From NCBI GenBank assembly GCA_030141605.1, contig JAQGDQ010000067.1:620001-684000 (forward strand): 64,000 nucleotides of DNA, given 5' to 3'. Shown here one piece after another: positions 50,801-63,952 of the stretch (position 1 is its first letter; the number at the start of each line of letters is the position of its first letter). Both the position numbers and the translations under genes were made by a program. The notes under the pieces were generated by a model, which was not told the DNA's origin, ran no database searches, and worked only from the letters and a program-made list of their open reading frames with translations. Source of the DNA: Tubiluchus corallicola. Its lineage: Eukaryota > Animalia > Priapulida.

Positions 50801-53800
50801 GTGCTTATCAATGTGCTAAGTGATTTATTTTTGTACAAAAACTTTAAATGTGTGACAAGTTACAGGGCAATCAGGTAGTGGATGAGGATTCTGACCACAA
50901 TTTTAGCTTGTTAGGCAATGTGAATTGTTTTCCAAACAGAAATAATGTATATTTGCTATGTCAAGTCACATACTATGAACGTAACAAATTAAATTTGCAA
51001 TTAATGAAACATTAAACTTGTGCGTCGGTACTGTCACTCAGATGTCTCACGGTCAAAGGAGCCAATTATATAATTTTCGAAAAAAGCCCAAGGCTTCGCG
51101 CCATTTCCCAATGGATCATCATGAAACTTTGTAGAAATGTGTTAAAACAAATTCCGCATTGACTGACAGAGTAGATTTTTGATCTTGAATTCAATGTAGA
51201 TGGGATGACATCATTTTCTAGAAAAGCATGTTCGATTTACTTTGCAATGAATCGTCATGAAACTTTATATGAATGTGCTAGATCAAATTCTGTGTCGACT
51301 GAAGGAGTCATATTTTTCATTTGCCATCTACAGTTGAAAACATGGAGCATTGATGTCATTTCTAATTCACAATCTTGAGTTCAGCGAGTTCCTCAACCAA
51401 TAATTCGAGTGAAACATGTATAATTAATGGAGCCGGTTAGTGGCTGCTGAATCTAAACGAAACGATGCCATTAATAATTTTAAACATCATAACTTTAGAT
51501 GTCAAAAATGTTCCAGTTTTGGTTGTTCTAATTAAATCGTCTATGTTATAGTAGTCCATCTATTGGTTATTGTAAAAAGCTTATTGGTTATCTAATATTG
51601 TTGTTTTAGCGCTGGAGCTGTTAACTATTCCGTTTTTCATAAAAGTGTAAGCGATTTGAATGTCTTCATGTATATTAGCTATAGGCTGATATTTTTTGAT
51701 TCACGGTTTAACAATCCACAAACATCAGTTCGATTTTTGCATGGTTTTTAATAGTCTTTTGAGTACACGTGCAACTTTTGCAACCAATAATTTATTGTTA
51801 ATAATAAGAATAATAAATTGTTTATGCTTAATTAGGAAAATTCTCCACTTAAAGGTGGTCGGGGCCATGCCAGTCTAGTGTCAAAATGCCGACTGTGCAA
51901 CAGAGAAAATTCTATAGGTAATGATAATAAATTCTATTAGTGTCTGTTCTGACGTAATAGTGCATCTTTACCTACTGTCTTTAACTGCCAATATACATTT
52001 TGCAAAATGATTAACGTAGCTTATGATTATATATACATGCAGTTCTTAAATAAAAAATCTTTTATTAATAGATATTATTAAAAATTCCATTATTCCATAC
52101 ACCATGGAGCACAATAATCAGTTTGTTACAATTGTCACATTTGATTGTCGAGGTATGGAACCTACAGATTTTTCACCCAGGGTAAGTATGTTTCATGTGG
52201 CATCTTGAAAAATTTTTAAGTTTTCAGACAGTCTGAGATATTATTATTTGGTGGTGGTTTATCGTATTTTTGTTTGTTACTGTTTCATTTTTGTGTAGTC
52301 ACCTTAATGACTCTAGAACTTTAAAGGAATACTGGACCTACTTTTAAACCACATCTTAAAATAATCTAATATATCAAGTATTGAAAGGTTAATATATTGT
52401 TTTTTAATAATGATTCAATGTGAAAAAAACTAATACCTCATAAATTTTATTTTGCCTTCGCGCGGCTAGTTCTTCGGTGTTAAATGCATTTCACCATTTA
52501 CTAGTTAGATGGGCACATCTCAGAAAAGAGTTGCACAAAAAGTAAGCACTGTACCTGATTATAAGAACACATTCATTTGTGACATGTTCGAGAACTCATG
52601 CACTGTAAACTTGAAATTTAAGTTTTTAAACTTAAAATTTGCAGAGTTTTTCAATTTTATGTGTCACACTGAATGTTGTACAGTAGCACTCTACCAGTTT
52701 TCTCTTTCCCAAGTACATGCAATATGCTTGCAGAATTTTTCTGCCATTAGAAAATTATATTCACTTGTAGCATCATCTCTAGGTTTGTTCTTTGGCCATT
52801 AAATAATTCTTTAAGCTCTTATAATTATCATAAACACTTTGGTATTCTCTTCTTATACATGTTAAGATGTAGACATTTTACTGTACTTCAAAGTGTGGTA
52901 GGATATGAAAATCATCCTGTTTTCCTTTAAGTAATCTTATTGAGCTACTGTTTTGTAGCTTAGTACTGTAGCAGATCATTGTTTGCTAAGTAAAATAATT
53001 TTCCTTAGATATTTACATACCTATATCTCGCTGAAGATATATTATTGTCAATTTACTATGCATTTAGTGAAAGTGTGATATTAATACATACTCCAAAGGA
53101 GATTGGTAACACAAGCAGATGCATTTGTTAATGACTGAAATAAAATAAATTAATTCAGTTAGGTATGTAGTACACTCTATGAATTTTATTTGGTGCATTT
53201 CTTTATTGGCTGTTTAAATTTAAAACAGTCTGTCGCCTTTAGGTTACAAGTTAAAGCCACTTATCCAAGCAACATTTATGAGCTTACTGAGAACTCAAAG
53301 GTCACAGTTCCAGAAAGGTGCCATTACCAGCAGCCCAAGACTTTGCAGTGATAATGTCTTTATTCTAACTAGACTTCTTTTTATGTGCAGCCACACTGTG
53401 CAGACAAATAGCAAATAGTAATTACACGTTTTTCAAGCAAAGCACTTTAGCTATGTCTCCGATTACTTCAGAAAGCTTTTAAAACTTTTTTTATAAGTTG
53501 TTGCTTCCAAGCTTTCTTGTATTGTAGATAGAAACTACTGATTGTATTGTGATAAGGCAGGTTACGATGCAGTTTGTTTTTAGGCTGGTTTCAAAGCCAG
53601 AGGTGCTGAAACAGAAACATTTTTTTCTGATATCTCCTTAACTGAAAAGGTAAGTTGAAATTAATTTCGTGTTATAAATGACTTATTTAGTTATATCAAC
53701 AGTAGTGATTTTTTTATACACTGCAAGTTGGCTATCCAGCACTTAATGCCTGACCCAACGCAAAAAATCTGGCTCAGTGTCAAGGATATCCTTTCAAGAT

Positions 53801-54586
53801 GAGCCACTGAACTGCCTGAGGTGTTTCAGCTATGTTCGGAGTATACATATACGTATACTCCTTTTTATGAGGAAAACAGCCAAGTTTTAGCAATGATGCC
53901 ACCTGGAGTGAGTATTGAGTGGACGCCACTCTCATAAAGCACTTGTGGTTTTCCACTCAGTTAGGGACTCCCCCACAAACATACATGGCATCGGCCTACC
54001 AACAGTTGTTTTTTAAATAAATATTCTATCGTTATTCTAAAATAACAATTATTCTATCATTTTTATAAAATAAAATTCAAGGCGCTAAGGCAATTCAGAT
54101 AAAATGTTCTTATTATGGCTTTTCAGTCTGATTTTCTTCTATATTGACCTTATAATTTGTGCATGTTAAAATAAAAAATACACAAACTTTACATAAACTC
54201 TGTGTAAATGCAGGATATGAAGCTAAAAGTATTGCATTTGGTAGCACCATTAATTATGCCCTGTACTGGTTGGCAGCTTGCAGCATGCCAAATTTTATAA
54301 AAAGATAATGCCCTTTTCAAACATAATGCCTTTGTTTTAAATTCATTAAACATTTGGTGCCATCTTAGATCAGGTTTTTTACTAGCCAGAAATAAGACAT
54401 CCTAACTATCCTCCTCCTCTACTGATTCAGTCTGACAAAAAAAACTTGTAGCTGTTTAAAATCTGGTTATACAGAAGAGTTATTGTTTAAATTAATTTTT
54501 TGTTCCAGGAATGGGCTGATTATGATGAAAGGGCAAAGGAAGCAGTTGGTATTTATGAAATAGAACATCGGTTCGTGAAAATGTAA
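39192..54586 (+). CDS. CZIB: CXXC motif-containing zinc-binding protein (C1orf123/UPF0587), 160 aa
   Basis: Exons 39192-39197 (ATGGTG|gtaatg), 43965-44048, 44260-44316, 51836-51917, 52072-52181, 53584-53649, 54509-54586. Translation MVKIGLQVKANLENVTDLTPDGDDFRWYLKLKCLNCGE...LKGGRGHASLVSKCRLCNRENSIDI...FDCRGMEPTDFSPR...EWADYDERAKEAVGIYEIEHRFVKM*, with two CxxC motifs. The 6-nt first coding exon is the least certain. Confidence 0.92.
39625..41165 (-). mobile_element. Degenerate CR1-clade LINE (RT and C-terminal region), 5'-truncated
   Basis: Minus-strand remnants YLDFKKALDSVPHQRLLLK, SGIPQ, ILEYESVVWSPQ...LERTQ, RVVQPWNHL; frameshifts and stops. Confidence 0.85.
41220..43250 (+). mobile_element. 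Degenerate LINE 5' half: ORF1 (PHD-like Cys motif, coiled coil, CCCH-like fingers) and ORF2 AP-endonuclease
   Basis: Remnants GMYCFWYKKWLHREC; K/E-rich heptads; KFESRCKFRH, CKFESKRRFIH, CNYGIRCRYRH; then VYSNCRGLN, IVETHL, WTREE..IDY, TDHN. Purine-rich sense strand with many disruptions. Confidence 0.65.
44655..44812. repeat. (ACAT)n tetranucleotide microsatellite
   Basis: Seen directly; explains the spurious MYVC ORF. Confidence 0.97.
47677..49264 (-). mobile_element. Non-autonomous Helitron containing a (CACCA)-type minisatellite
   Basis: Minus strand starts A|TCTTAATATATATATAAG at 49264 and ends CTAG|T at 47677, with a subterminal hairpin cacaaaa-agaa-ttttgtg (~47689-47706). Inserted in an AT dinucleotide, no TSD. 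Confidence 0.75.
47715..48352. repeat. Degenerate (CACCA/CACAC)n low-complexity array
   Basis: Seen directly; source of the spurious W/C/G/V-rich ORFs. Confidence 0.9.
50583..50634 (-). ncRNA. Twister ribozyme core at the RTE 5' end (post-cleavage form)
   Basis: Minus strand A-CUCC-GCC-AUA-GCCGG-UCCCAAGC-CCGG-UUGAGAGA-GGAG-GAGGG matches the type-P1 twister layout (GCCGGUCCCAAGCCCGG, P2 CUCC/GGAG, GAGGG). Confidence 0.85.
51020..51480 (+). mobile_element. HINE-like non-autonomous element relic
   Basis: Internally duplicated aatg.atc.tcatgaaacttt.ta..aatgtg.ta block (~51110 and ~51246), typical of this class; ends uncertain. Confidence 0.35.
52325..52926. mobile_element. Kolobok-like MITE in CZIB intron 5
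   Basis: ttaa|aggaatactgga ... tcctgttttcct|ttaa. Confidence 0.6.
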
Positions 54587-55387
54587 AATTCTAGCAGTAT
54601 TTTAATTTGATATTTCGTTTTGGAAAACTACAAAAGATACTGATGATGCAAAGTCATTTTTATTAATCAAAATCGTGCTGATTTCTAAAATTGTTACAGT
54701 TTGGGATATTCTGCTCATCATTGTGATATGTAATTTGGGAACATCTCATTTAAGTATTAAACATCAGGAATAGGAAACAAATTCTCATCAAATTCATACA
54801 TGTATTTGGAATTTGCTTTAATTGTTCTTGGCAAATTTGTCTGGTGTGACCATTTTTACCTGTGTTTTATTTGTTATGATTTGATTTATTACAAAATTAT
54901 TAATTTGATGCAACTTTGTTGAAGTACATGACATTAGTATTGCTCCTTTTGAGATATAATTATGTGTAGAACTGAGAGTAATGAAGCAGTGTAATATGCA
55001 CATTGGCCCAATGTGCAAACTGTGAATTGATGACATGCACTTTGTATTCAGCACTTTGCCTTTCACAACAACCCAACAACAGCAAGTTCATACAACTGCA
55101 TTAGTGTGAATGGTGGTGTTGATGATAATGGTTGATGGTGATGATGACAATGATGGTTGATTGGTGATGATGACAAGAATGATGGTGATGATAGTGGTGA
55201 TGATGATGACAATGACAACAGTGATGATAACAGGCATGATGGTCAACACAATACTGATAGCAAAAGAAACTGCCCAGTATTATTTTTGGCAGACATAATA
55301 TTGATTATGCTGATGACAGCAGTGAACTAGATACCATTGTTGGAGATGATTCTGGCAACGGAATAATGGTGGTAATGGTAACAATAC

Positions 55388-56024
55388 GTTTTGGTGATAT
55401 TGATGATGGCCTGAGGTGAATTTTGATAAATTGACATTCTCTTTTTGCTCCTGCTTACCTAAGGTCTTCTTTACTTTCTTTTACTTTTATCTTCTTTCTT
55501 CTCCCGAATCCCCGTTTAATAACTTTTTTTAATTGTCACTCTTAAACCTCAGGTTTTTCTTAATGGGAAAAATACAAATAATGATATTTTTTGCTGTTTT
55601 TAATAACAGCTGCTTTGACGGATGTTAAGCCTATAATAGATAAAGCATCTAGTGTCTGGTGTCCGAGTTCAGCATCTTGAAGCAAGAAAGAACGTATATA
55701 TATTGTTTTGGTGATATTGATGATGGCCTGAGGTGAATTTTGATAAATTGACATTCTCTTTTTGCTCCTGCTTACCTAAGGTCTTCTTTACTTTCTTTTA
55801 CTTTTATCTTCTTTCTTCTCCCGAATCCCCGTTTAATAACTTTTTTTAATTGTCACTCTTAAACCTCAGGTTTTTCTTAATGGGAAAAATACAAATAATG
55901 ATATTTTTTGCTGTTTTTAATAACAGCTGCTTTGGCGGATGTTAAGCCTATAATAGATAAAGCATCTAGTGTCTGGTGTCCGAGTTCAGCATCTTGAAGC
56001 AAGAAAGAACGTATATATATTGTT
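55388..56024. repeat. Near-perfect 317-bp tandem duplication
   Basis: 55388-55704 is repeated at 55705-56021 with one visible mismatch (ttgacgg vs ttggcgg) and GTT microhomology at the junctions. Confidence 0.93.
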
Positions 56025-56741
56025 AGTAGGTGATGAAATCAAAGATTTTGGCCGCGGATGCTCTTGGTATTTTTTTAACCATCTAGCGTCTAACATCTAT
56101 ATATTATCATCATCAGCATCATCATCAAAATTTTGACACCATCACTGCGACCACCACAATCATTGGTAACACTGACATGGGAAAGTAGAGGAGAGGAGTG
56201 GACAGAAAAAAAACAAAATAATATAGAAAAAAGAGATAGGGATAATAAAGTGAAAAGGAAGGCCGTGAATAAAATGAAAAAAAGAAATAGGAAAAGCCAG
56301 AAAGGAAGATAGGATGCAAGGAAGGGAAGAAGAAAACCAGCAAGCGTGTAAGCAGGAGAGAAGACAGGAATTGCCAAAACAATAGTAAAATAGAAACGAA
56401 GTTTGTTTGCTTTGAATATTTGTTATACACTGCCTTGGCTTTATTTCAAAATTTTCACTTGATTGTTCACTGCTTTCAAGTTTTTCCTGCACTTGCTAAT
56501 TGTGATTATTTTTTATAGTTATCTTTGTTTTCAATACACTAAAACTGGCGCATGTTTAACAGTAACTTTTTTTATTTTTCAGATAACTTTCCACAATAGA
56601 AACAATATTTGATGAGTAGCAGATTTGGTTTAGCTGAAAATTGAACTCAGCGATTGATTTTTATTTTTTGTAAATATGTATATATATTTCAATTTTGAAG
56701 TTAGCATTTTGTAGTTTCTGTAACAGGTTAAATGATTTTAA

Positions 56742-57423
56742 AGCACAAGAAAACCATTCACTTACATAAAGCTTAAAAAAGTTGTCTTGATACTTTATAT
56801 CAGTTACATGCTATGTTGTTGCATACAAGAGCTTGCTTCTTGCATTAGCAGTTGCCCTGTACAAAACTTGTAAATTTAAACTTCTGTGATGATCGTTAGG
56901 CGCCGCCATTTTGATGATAAATCATTTGAAACAAGTTCAGATAACACTGCGTAAAGTTTGAAAAAATAATCATGCATTCATAGTACATGCTTCACTAACT
57001 AGGCAAAATTTTAAATTATTGTATCTTATCAACAAAATTAAAAGTAAGTTTTTTGGTGGTTGAGTGGTGCCAACTGGTGCTCAACGACATTTTACCAATT
57101 GGTGCAAACATTTCAAATTATTCAGAGTTTTCTTTCTACATAACTCTTTTAAGCTGGTAAGCAAAATGCTAAGTAATATGACTGTCATGGAAAGTTTTTT
57201 GGGACATAGTTTAACATTGCCTTCTCTTCCCCTGATTTGTGTTGTGCGTATGTAACGTCACATAATGGCACAGTTGGAAGAGTATAGTGGGAGATTTAAA
57301 ATGAAAACAAACAAAAATTCTTTTTAATGTGAGTGCGATATACCCTTAAAATTGCTATGAACTAATATAATTTTTTAAGGCGATTTTGCTGAAACCTACT
57401 TTAGGAACCCCTTTTCTTGTCCT
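56742..57423. mobile_element. Kolobok-like MITE (682 bp)
   Basis: ttaa|agcacaagaaaa ... ttttcttgtcct|ttaa; same family as 26020-26383. Confidence 0.78.
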
Positions 57424-58253
57424 TTAATATAAATTTCTTCAGTGGAAAATTGATTTACTTCCTCGATGCGAACAATCTTCCTCATTATATGGTCATATCA
57501 GTGCTGTAACCCATTGCATTTGTCTGGTTTGCAATGCGATTCCTTGCTATACTTGTAGGTTATGTACTGGCTTTCTTCATCACTTCTTACACAGAACACT
57601 CACCATTCTCGTCCAATAACAAACACTTCATATGTTATGATGTTTGTCTCTTAATCTATTGGTCATTGTTTGCATTATTGACTTCGTTCTGTAATTTCTA
57701 CAGGCATTTGGTCGCATGAAAATCAAATCTCATGTAAAATAGGCTCCTACAGCTACTGTGCATGTTCTTTTGTTATTCATCATCACTAGTTTTTTAGGTT
57801 GGCATTGAGTCAAGTTGTATAGACTGTTTATCATCATGACGTTATTATAATTATCAATATTGTCGCTGCCTCAGCCACTGTCACCACCACCGCCGCTTTT
57901 CAAGTCTAACCTGATTTTTTCTAACATTTTTGTCATTTTCCTCTCCTTTTCCTCCCCTCTAGCATCATCACTACTATTCAATTGTATTGATTATTGCTAA
58001 CAGTTAACTACATTTCTTTAGTGTTGCTATCCTAATAGGTCTTTTTGTGAACATTCAGTTACTTTTAGATTTCTTCCTGTTATACTGACAAGGTATAACG
58101 TAGCTTTTTAGTTATGTGTTTTAGGTATTTGCTTTATAGTGAAAGCATTGCCACTGATTGCAGCTACTCATGTGAGGACTGCTTATCTCTGTTAAAGTAA
58201 ATATCTTTTGTGATGTTCCACTATTGTCAGTCTTACACACAAAGTATGAGAAA

Positions 58254-59376
58254 CAGGGGCGGAACTAGATGTGGCAAGCAGGGGGGGGGCAAAAATTTTT
58301 TGGGAGGGCGAGGTATCCGAAGTGGTTAAATAATGGTTAAGCCAATTTTGAACCCCTTTTATACTGCATGCAGGCCTATAATGAGCATGTGTGTGGGACG
58401 GCATAGCAGACAGAGCAATAATGAGAAAATTAACTCTCAGTTAACCTAACGTTATTAATGTGCCTCTAACTAAATTGTTATTTACAGAAATTTATCATAC
58501 ACAAATTTTAAGAAAAGTTTTGCTACTGCTTTTGAAGAGGGCCCACATTGACATGCTGTCCTTGTGTATTTCCGTCTCTTTGTGCTTTTGCATATCATGG
58601 CCAGTTTTCGGATATTTCGTCATATGTGGTTGTCGTGGTTTCTCAGATCTACTTCCTTGGATAAAAAAGTCTAAAGTTTTCTAGGTGGTACAACTTTGTC
58701 GTCTGCCCTATTCCCAGACATGTAACATGTAATCACGTGAAAATTCCTGTTTGTCAACAAGATGAAACAACAGTGCAATAAATGAGCAAATAAGCAGCTA
58801 AAATCGCAGCGAAAACTAGCAGAGATTCTCCTAGCAGGAGAAAAATGATGAAATGTGCTCAAAAATCACGCCCTTTTATGCAGCAAACTCATGGGAAAGA
58901 GTCGCTAAGGAGTAGCAAAGAATCGGTAATGTCCAATCAGGAGGTGGCTCATCAATTTGTATCTCCCAAACGGACTCTCTGGTACTAGGGTAGCTCAACA
59001 TGACTTCAATGTTTGCATTGTTTTTGCTCTATTATTTCACTGCTGAACGAAGCTCGAGTGCTAACTGAGCCGTTTTGTTAACTAACAGTCTTTTGTGCAA
59101 AGACGCTAATGCTACTCAACGAGCTGGTTTGTTAACTGTTCCTGCCTGCCTCCTGAATAGATTACATGCAAACAAATTAACTACATCCTGACTTTCAGGT
59201 AAACACATCTGGTCTGGCAGGTATTAACAGTCAGAATAATTTAACTTGGCGACAAACTTTAATGATAAAAAATATTATTGGGCTACTGCAAAAAAAAATT
59301 GTTTGTCCGATTTGGCAGGGGGGCGCAAATTTTGACAGGGGGGCGCCCCCTTCGCCCCCTCCTAGTTTCGCCCCTG
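58254..59376 (-). mobile_element. Non-autonomous hAT transposon (1123 bp)
   Basis: TIRs caggggcggaactag / ctagtttcgcccctg (14/15) and a perfect 8-bp TSD atgagaaa (58246-58253, 59377-59384). Confidence 0.9.
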
Positions 59377-62193
59377 ATGAGAAACTTGATGAAAATATTT
59401 TTTTATAATTATGCTTTCACATTTACAATTTGTAGAGTTTAATCATATCTTTTCAGAGCTAAAGGTTTGTGACAAACTCTTCTGATGAAAAATTGTTGAT
59501 TATTAAATAAACAGAATTTCATAATGCAGAAAAATGAGTTAGTTGAACTTTTATCTCATTTCGTGGGATAAAGATAATTTAATTCATGCACCCATAGACA
59601 TCTGTGATGCTTTTTTCCTGAAAAATGCCATCAACTTTATACATATTAAATGTAATGTCTGTATGCACATTGTTTCAATGGTCAATGTAGTGGTCATTGC
59701 AAGAAGAGACTTGTTAGAAAAGCTTCTTCCACAATCATGAATACCATTTCTAGGTCTCAGTGTACAGGTCTTTGGATAAGGAAACAGTCAAATGTTAACT
59801 GTATAGTTTGCATTAGAAGTTAGCAACACTAAATAAATGGGGCTCTCATTCAGCTCACTTGAGCTTCGGGAAAATTTCTCAATTGGAAGCCTTTTGGGTG
59901 CCAGACTAGTGAAAGTGGAAAGCCACAAAGTGCAGAATCAAAACTGGTTTTCACTGTTATGCTATATATTGTTGCATATGCTTGATTTTGTGAAGTGATC
60001 ATTTTAACTAAAAATGTTGTGAGAAATAGGAAAACAGTGAATTATTAAAAATTCATTATACAAAATGAAAACAATAGGTACAGCATTAAATGCCATTCGA
60101 ACATGGATTAAACAGCTCTATCAGTTTGGTGGTCATCCTAGATAATGAGCGAAGTTGTGGTCCTGCCACAACATACCGCTATCCAATAAATCACTGATTA
60201 TTCATAGGCTTCATATTCGTGCAGCGCCAAGATGTCGTAAAATGAAGAATTAAGCAGAAATGTCAGTAGTTAAGCAGGAATGACAGTAGTTTTCTTCATT
60301 TAACCTTTCCGCCGCGACAGATTCTCGATAAACGGCAGCAACATTTTTAGCAACAATATTTCTAACGTTTGTTTTGCGGGTTGAAGAAGTTTTTTCATCT
60401 CGTGATGTTTGTTAAAGTATACGAAACGGCTTTAACATCTATATGTACGTGAGATTAAACCTTCTGTAACAGATCTGCAAATAAATGTCTTGAAATTTTT
60501 ATCAAAAGGGCATTAATGTTGATATTTTCCTTCACAGATGGTTAATAATTGGCTTGTTATCGACTGGAAGTAATAATATGTTAGCAGATTGAAATTGCAG
60601 CAGGTTATGTTTACACGTGGGCGCGTTTATCAGCTCTGCCGAGGCTGCGTATTACAACGCTTATCAAAGGTGTTTCAATATGTTACTGCGTGCCAGATTA
60701 ACATTGTTAGCTACACTTAGAGGTGTAAGTTCAAGCCAGTAAACCCACAGATGTGTTTGCTTTCAGCATTTGTTTTTAGTTATTTACACTGATTTGATAC
60801 CCAGTGGGCTGGACATATCACAACTATTGTACGTTAACAATCGCTTACATTGTAATAGATTGATTGGTCGATCGATTTTTAGTGATTAGCTGACAACAAT
60901 GATTTAGTGGTAAGTTAAATTTTGATTTTTCTTCTTTGTGCACTACGTACACTCAATTTACAAATTATTAACTTATACACATTTCAGCTTATTAGTTTTT
61001 TTCACACTTATACGCTGAAGAAATGGACAATTTGTAGATTTTGTTTTTCTATTCTAAAGTTCGTCGTTTTGATGAATAGTCAGGATAGGGATATACAATC
61101 GATTTGGACTTTGGAGTTATAACCTGCCTACATGTAAATTAGGATTGTCTAATACGCACTCAAGTTTCAATGAGAAAATTGCAAGTATTCCAATTGTAAG
61201 TGTTCAAGTTATTGGGCTATGCGTATGCTGATTCATACATAAACTTTAAATTTGGGTATTAAATTTCTTGTCAAACATGTTAATAGCTGTGAAATTTCGT
61301 ATGTATAATAGGTAATCGTCCATTTTAGATTTATAGTTTTTTAGAATCTACACTCGTCATACTTTCAAGTTCCCAGCTACAAATCTGTATACATATAGTA
61401 TGAAAGCGCTAAATTATTGCGAGATAAGTGAATAAACTTACTTTTCAAATATGAACACGGTTCGACTGAAGTGTGTACATGCAACTATATGTAACCATTA
61501 ATTTAAATAATTGAAAATTTATATTACTTTGTTAATTGAAGAAACTTGTACAAGCGTGAGCTATGCACTTAGAATGATGTTTGTCAGATTTTTCACTCGA
61601 GTATTGCTTAGTAACGATTGTGTGTTTGTATACTTGTTTTGCGATCATATGACATGCATTACCACTTTCGTTGCGTTCTAGAACACATATTGAGACAACA
61701 TGCGTTAGCTCATTCTGAATAGACCCATTCAACCTGAGTACTGTCACGTTCAAAGGGCAATAACATTAGAAAAACAGGAAGCCAGTTAAGCAGATTTTTC
61801 GTAATTAAATTTGCATCTGATAGCAATTTTTATTCGAAGAACAGAAAGCTTAGTTTATGCGGCACGTCATCAAGTTAGTATATGATTAGCTAGTTTTAGT
61901 TTCGCTTTTTCTTCTGAGCTATCCTGTCGCGCAAAATACCCTTTACGCTCCCATACTTACAAATCGTCGAAAAATAGACACTTAGCACAACTTTGAACTC
62001 AACTACACAGTTATTTGGGTTGACAAGATGAAGCAATAAAAAGTCACACACATGTAATTTGTAATCATCTTCTCACGCATTTTTATTTAGGCTCCTAAAA
62101 CTGCGCATCATGAATTATGTTCCTAATCCTAGTATTAATGTGGTAGTTGTAATGTTTATTGAAGTGATGAAGCTCCTAAAAACCATTCCTCTT

Positions 62194-63952
62194 GAATGTG
62201 GGAAAGTTTGGTATAGGGAAATTTTGGTATGGGAAAATTTGGTACTAGGAATTTTTGGTACGCAGTAATTTTGGTACAGGTGCATTTGGTACTATCATCT
62301 TAAAGTACAAGGAATTTTTGGTACTAGGAGAATGTGGTACGGGGAATGTTTTGGTACGAGGAAAATATAGTACCAGGATTGTTTAATACAAAGAAATATT
62401 GACACAAGGAAGTTTCGGTACTAGGAAAATGTGGTACAAGGAAAATTCGGCACTAGGAAAGTTTGGCATTGGAAAATTTGGTATTAAACGAAAACTAGAA
62501 CATTTGTATAACTCAAAATAAAATAATTGTTTCAACTAGAGAATAAAGAAGTTTATTCAGTACGGAGAAAATATGGTACTAGGAAAGTCTGGTTTATTAA
62601 AAAGTTCATAAAACATTATAATATATTGTAATTAATCACATATTGTAATTAATAATGCATGGTAGTTAAAATTTTATCCGTGATTATCAAATCCCATTAA
62701 ATTTGAGAATTCTTTGCATATATTTTCATTGATGCTATGCCAGTGTTTCCCAAACTTTTCTAGTACGTGACCCCTACCAAACCTATCATGACCCCCACCT
62801 TTATAAGCCTTCTGAAAACGTATTAAATTTTAACATTGTAGATACATTGTTTTACAATTTAAAAGATTAATCACAGCAGAGAGAGCAGTAACAAAAGGTG
62901 TTTATTATTGTTTGTGAATGTGTATTAATGTTTCTTAACAAGGATTGATATAATCATGTATTTTAAGGATGTATTTGCTTTTTTGATACAAACTCCTTGA
63001 CCCCCAGAAAAAGGCTCATGGTCCTTTTGGGGGTCATGACCCACAGTTTGAGAACGAATGCACTACACCGTCTAGTATTTTACGGGTCATGGCTAGTTAT
63101 AAGTAATAGAAAGTTTTGCCAAATTTGAAAAGTGAGTATTATTTGTTTCCACTACCCAAGCTCCATAGAAGTATTTTGCATAAAATGGAAACTGAATTTA
63201 AATCAATGGCATTATCAGAAGCACCCCAAATATGCCACATTGTGTAGTGTCAGCAGTAAGTACTGTTGTAATCACTGTCATAATCATTGTCACTGTCAAC
63301 ATCATCGGTGTCATCTTTGCCATGATTATCACTGTTATCATCGTCATCATAATTATCATCATCACTATCGTCATCGTTGTTATCATCAATATTATTGTCA
63401 TCACTGTTACTGTAATCATTCGTCGTTCCTTATAGGCACAACAACAACAACAGCAACAGTTGTGATGATGATGGTGATGATAATTATCATGTTCACTGCT
63501 AACAATGTTAACAGCAGCAGCAACAACAATAGCAACAGCAACAACAACAGTAGCAGCAGCAACAACAACAACAATGACAACAGCAACAGCAACCAAATGA
63601 CAAATAGCAAACAACAGACAAACAAACAAAGAGGATGCGAACGAAAAACAAATAGAAACAGATGCAATAACATGAGTCTCTATAACTTGTTTGTTCGAGT
63701 AGGTTATATAAAATATATTTTCATGTTTAAATAGACTTTCCTAGTACCAAACTTGTTCTGTACCATTGTTACCTTGTGCCATATTTACTTGTACCAAAAA
63801 TGCCTGACAAAACTTCGTTAGTATCATATTTACTCTGTACGAAATTGTCCCAGTACCAAAATTACCAAGTACCAAAAATTGTTAGTACCAAATTTTCCCG
63901 GTACCAAAATTTCCTCGTACCAAAATTAACATTACCAAACTTATCACACACC
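62194..63952. mobile_element. Foldback-type element with modular TIRs (copy 2, inverted relative to copy 1)
   Basis: Shares gtttattcagtacggagaaaatatggtactaggaaagtctggtttat, aaaattttatccgtgattat and ttcgagtaggttatataaaat with the reverse complement of 20662-21807. Confidence 0.8.
62741..63060. mobile_element. hAT-Charlie-like MITE nested in the foldback element
   Basis: cagtgtttcccaaact ... agtttgagaacgaatg termini, gaccc subterminal motifs, 8-bp flanks tgctatgc / cactacac. Confidence 0.7.

Noticed and set aside
56090-56430. Hydrophobic Phe/Leu-rich minus-strand ORFs suggesting a membrane protein
   Set aside because: Produced by a purine-rich low-complexity tract on the plus strand; no recognisable domain or exon chain.
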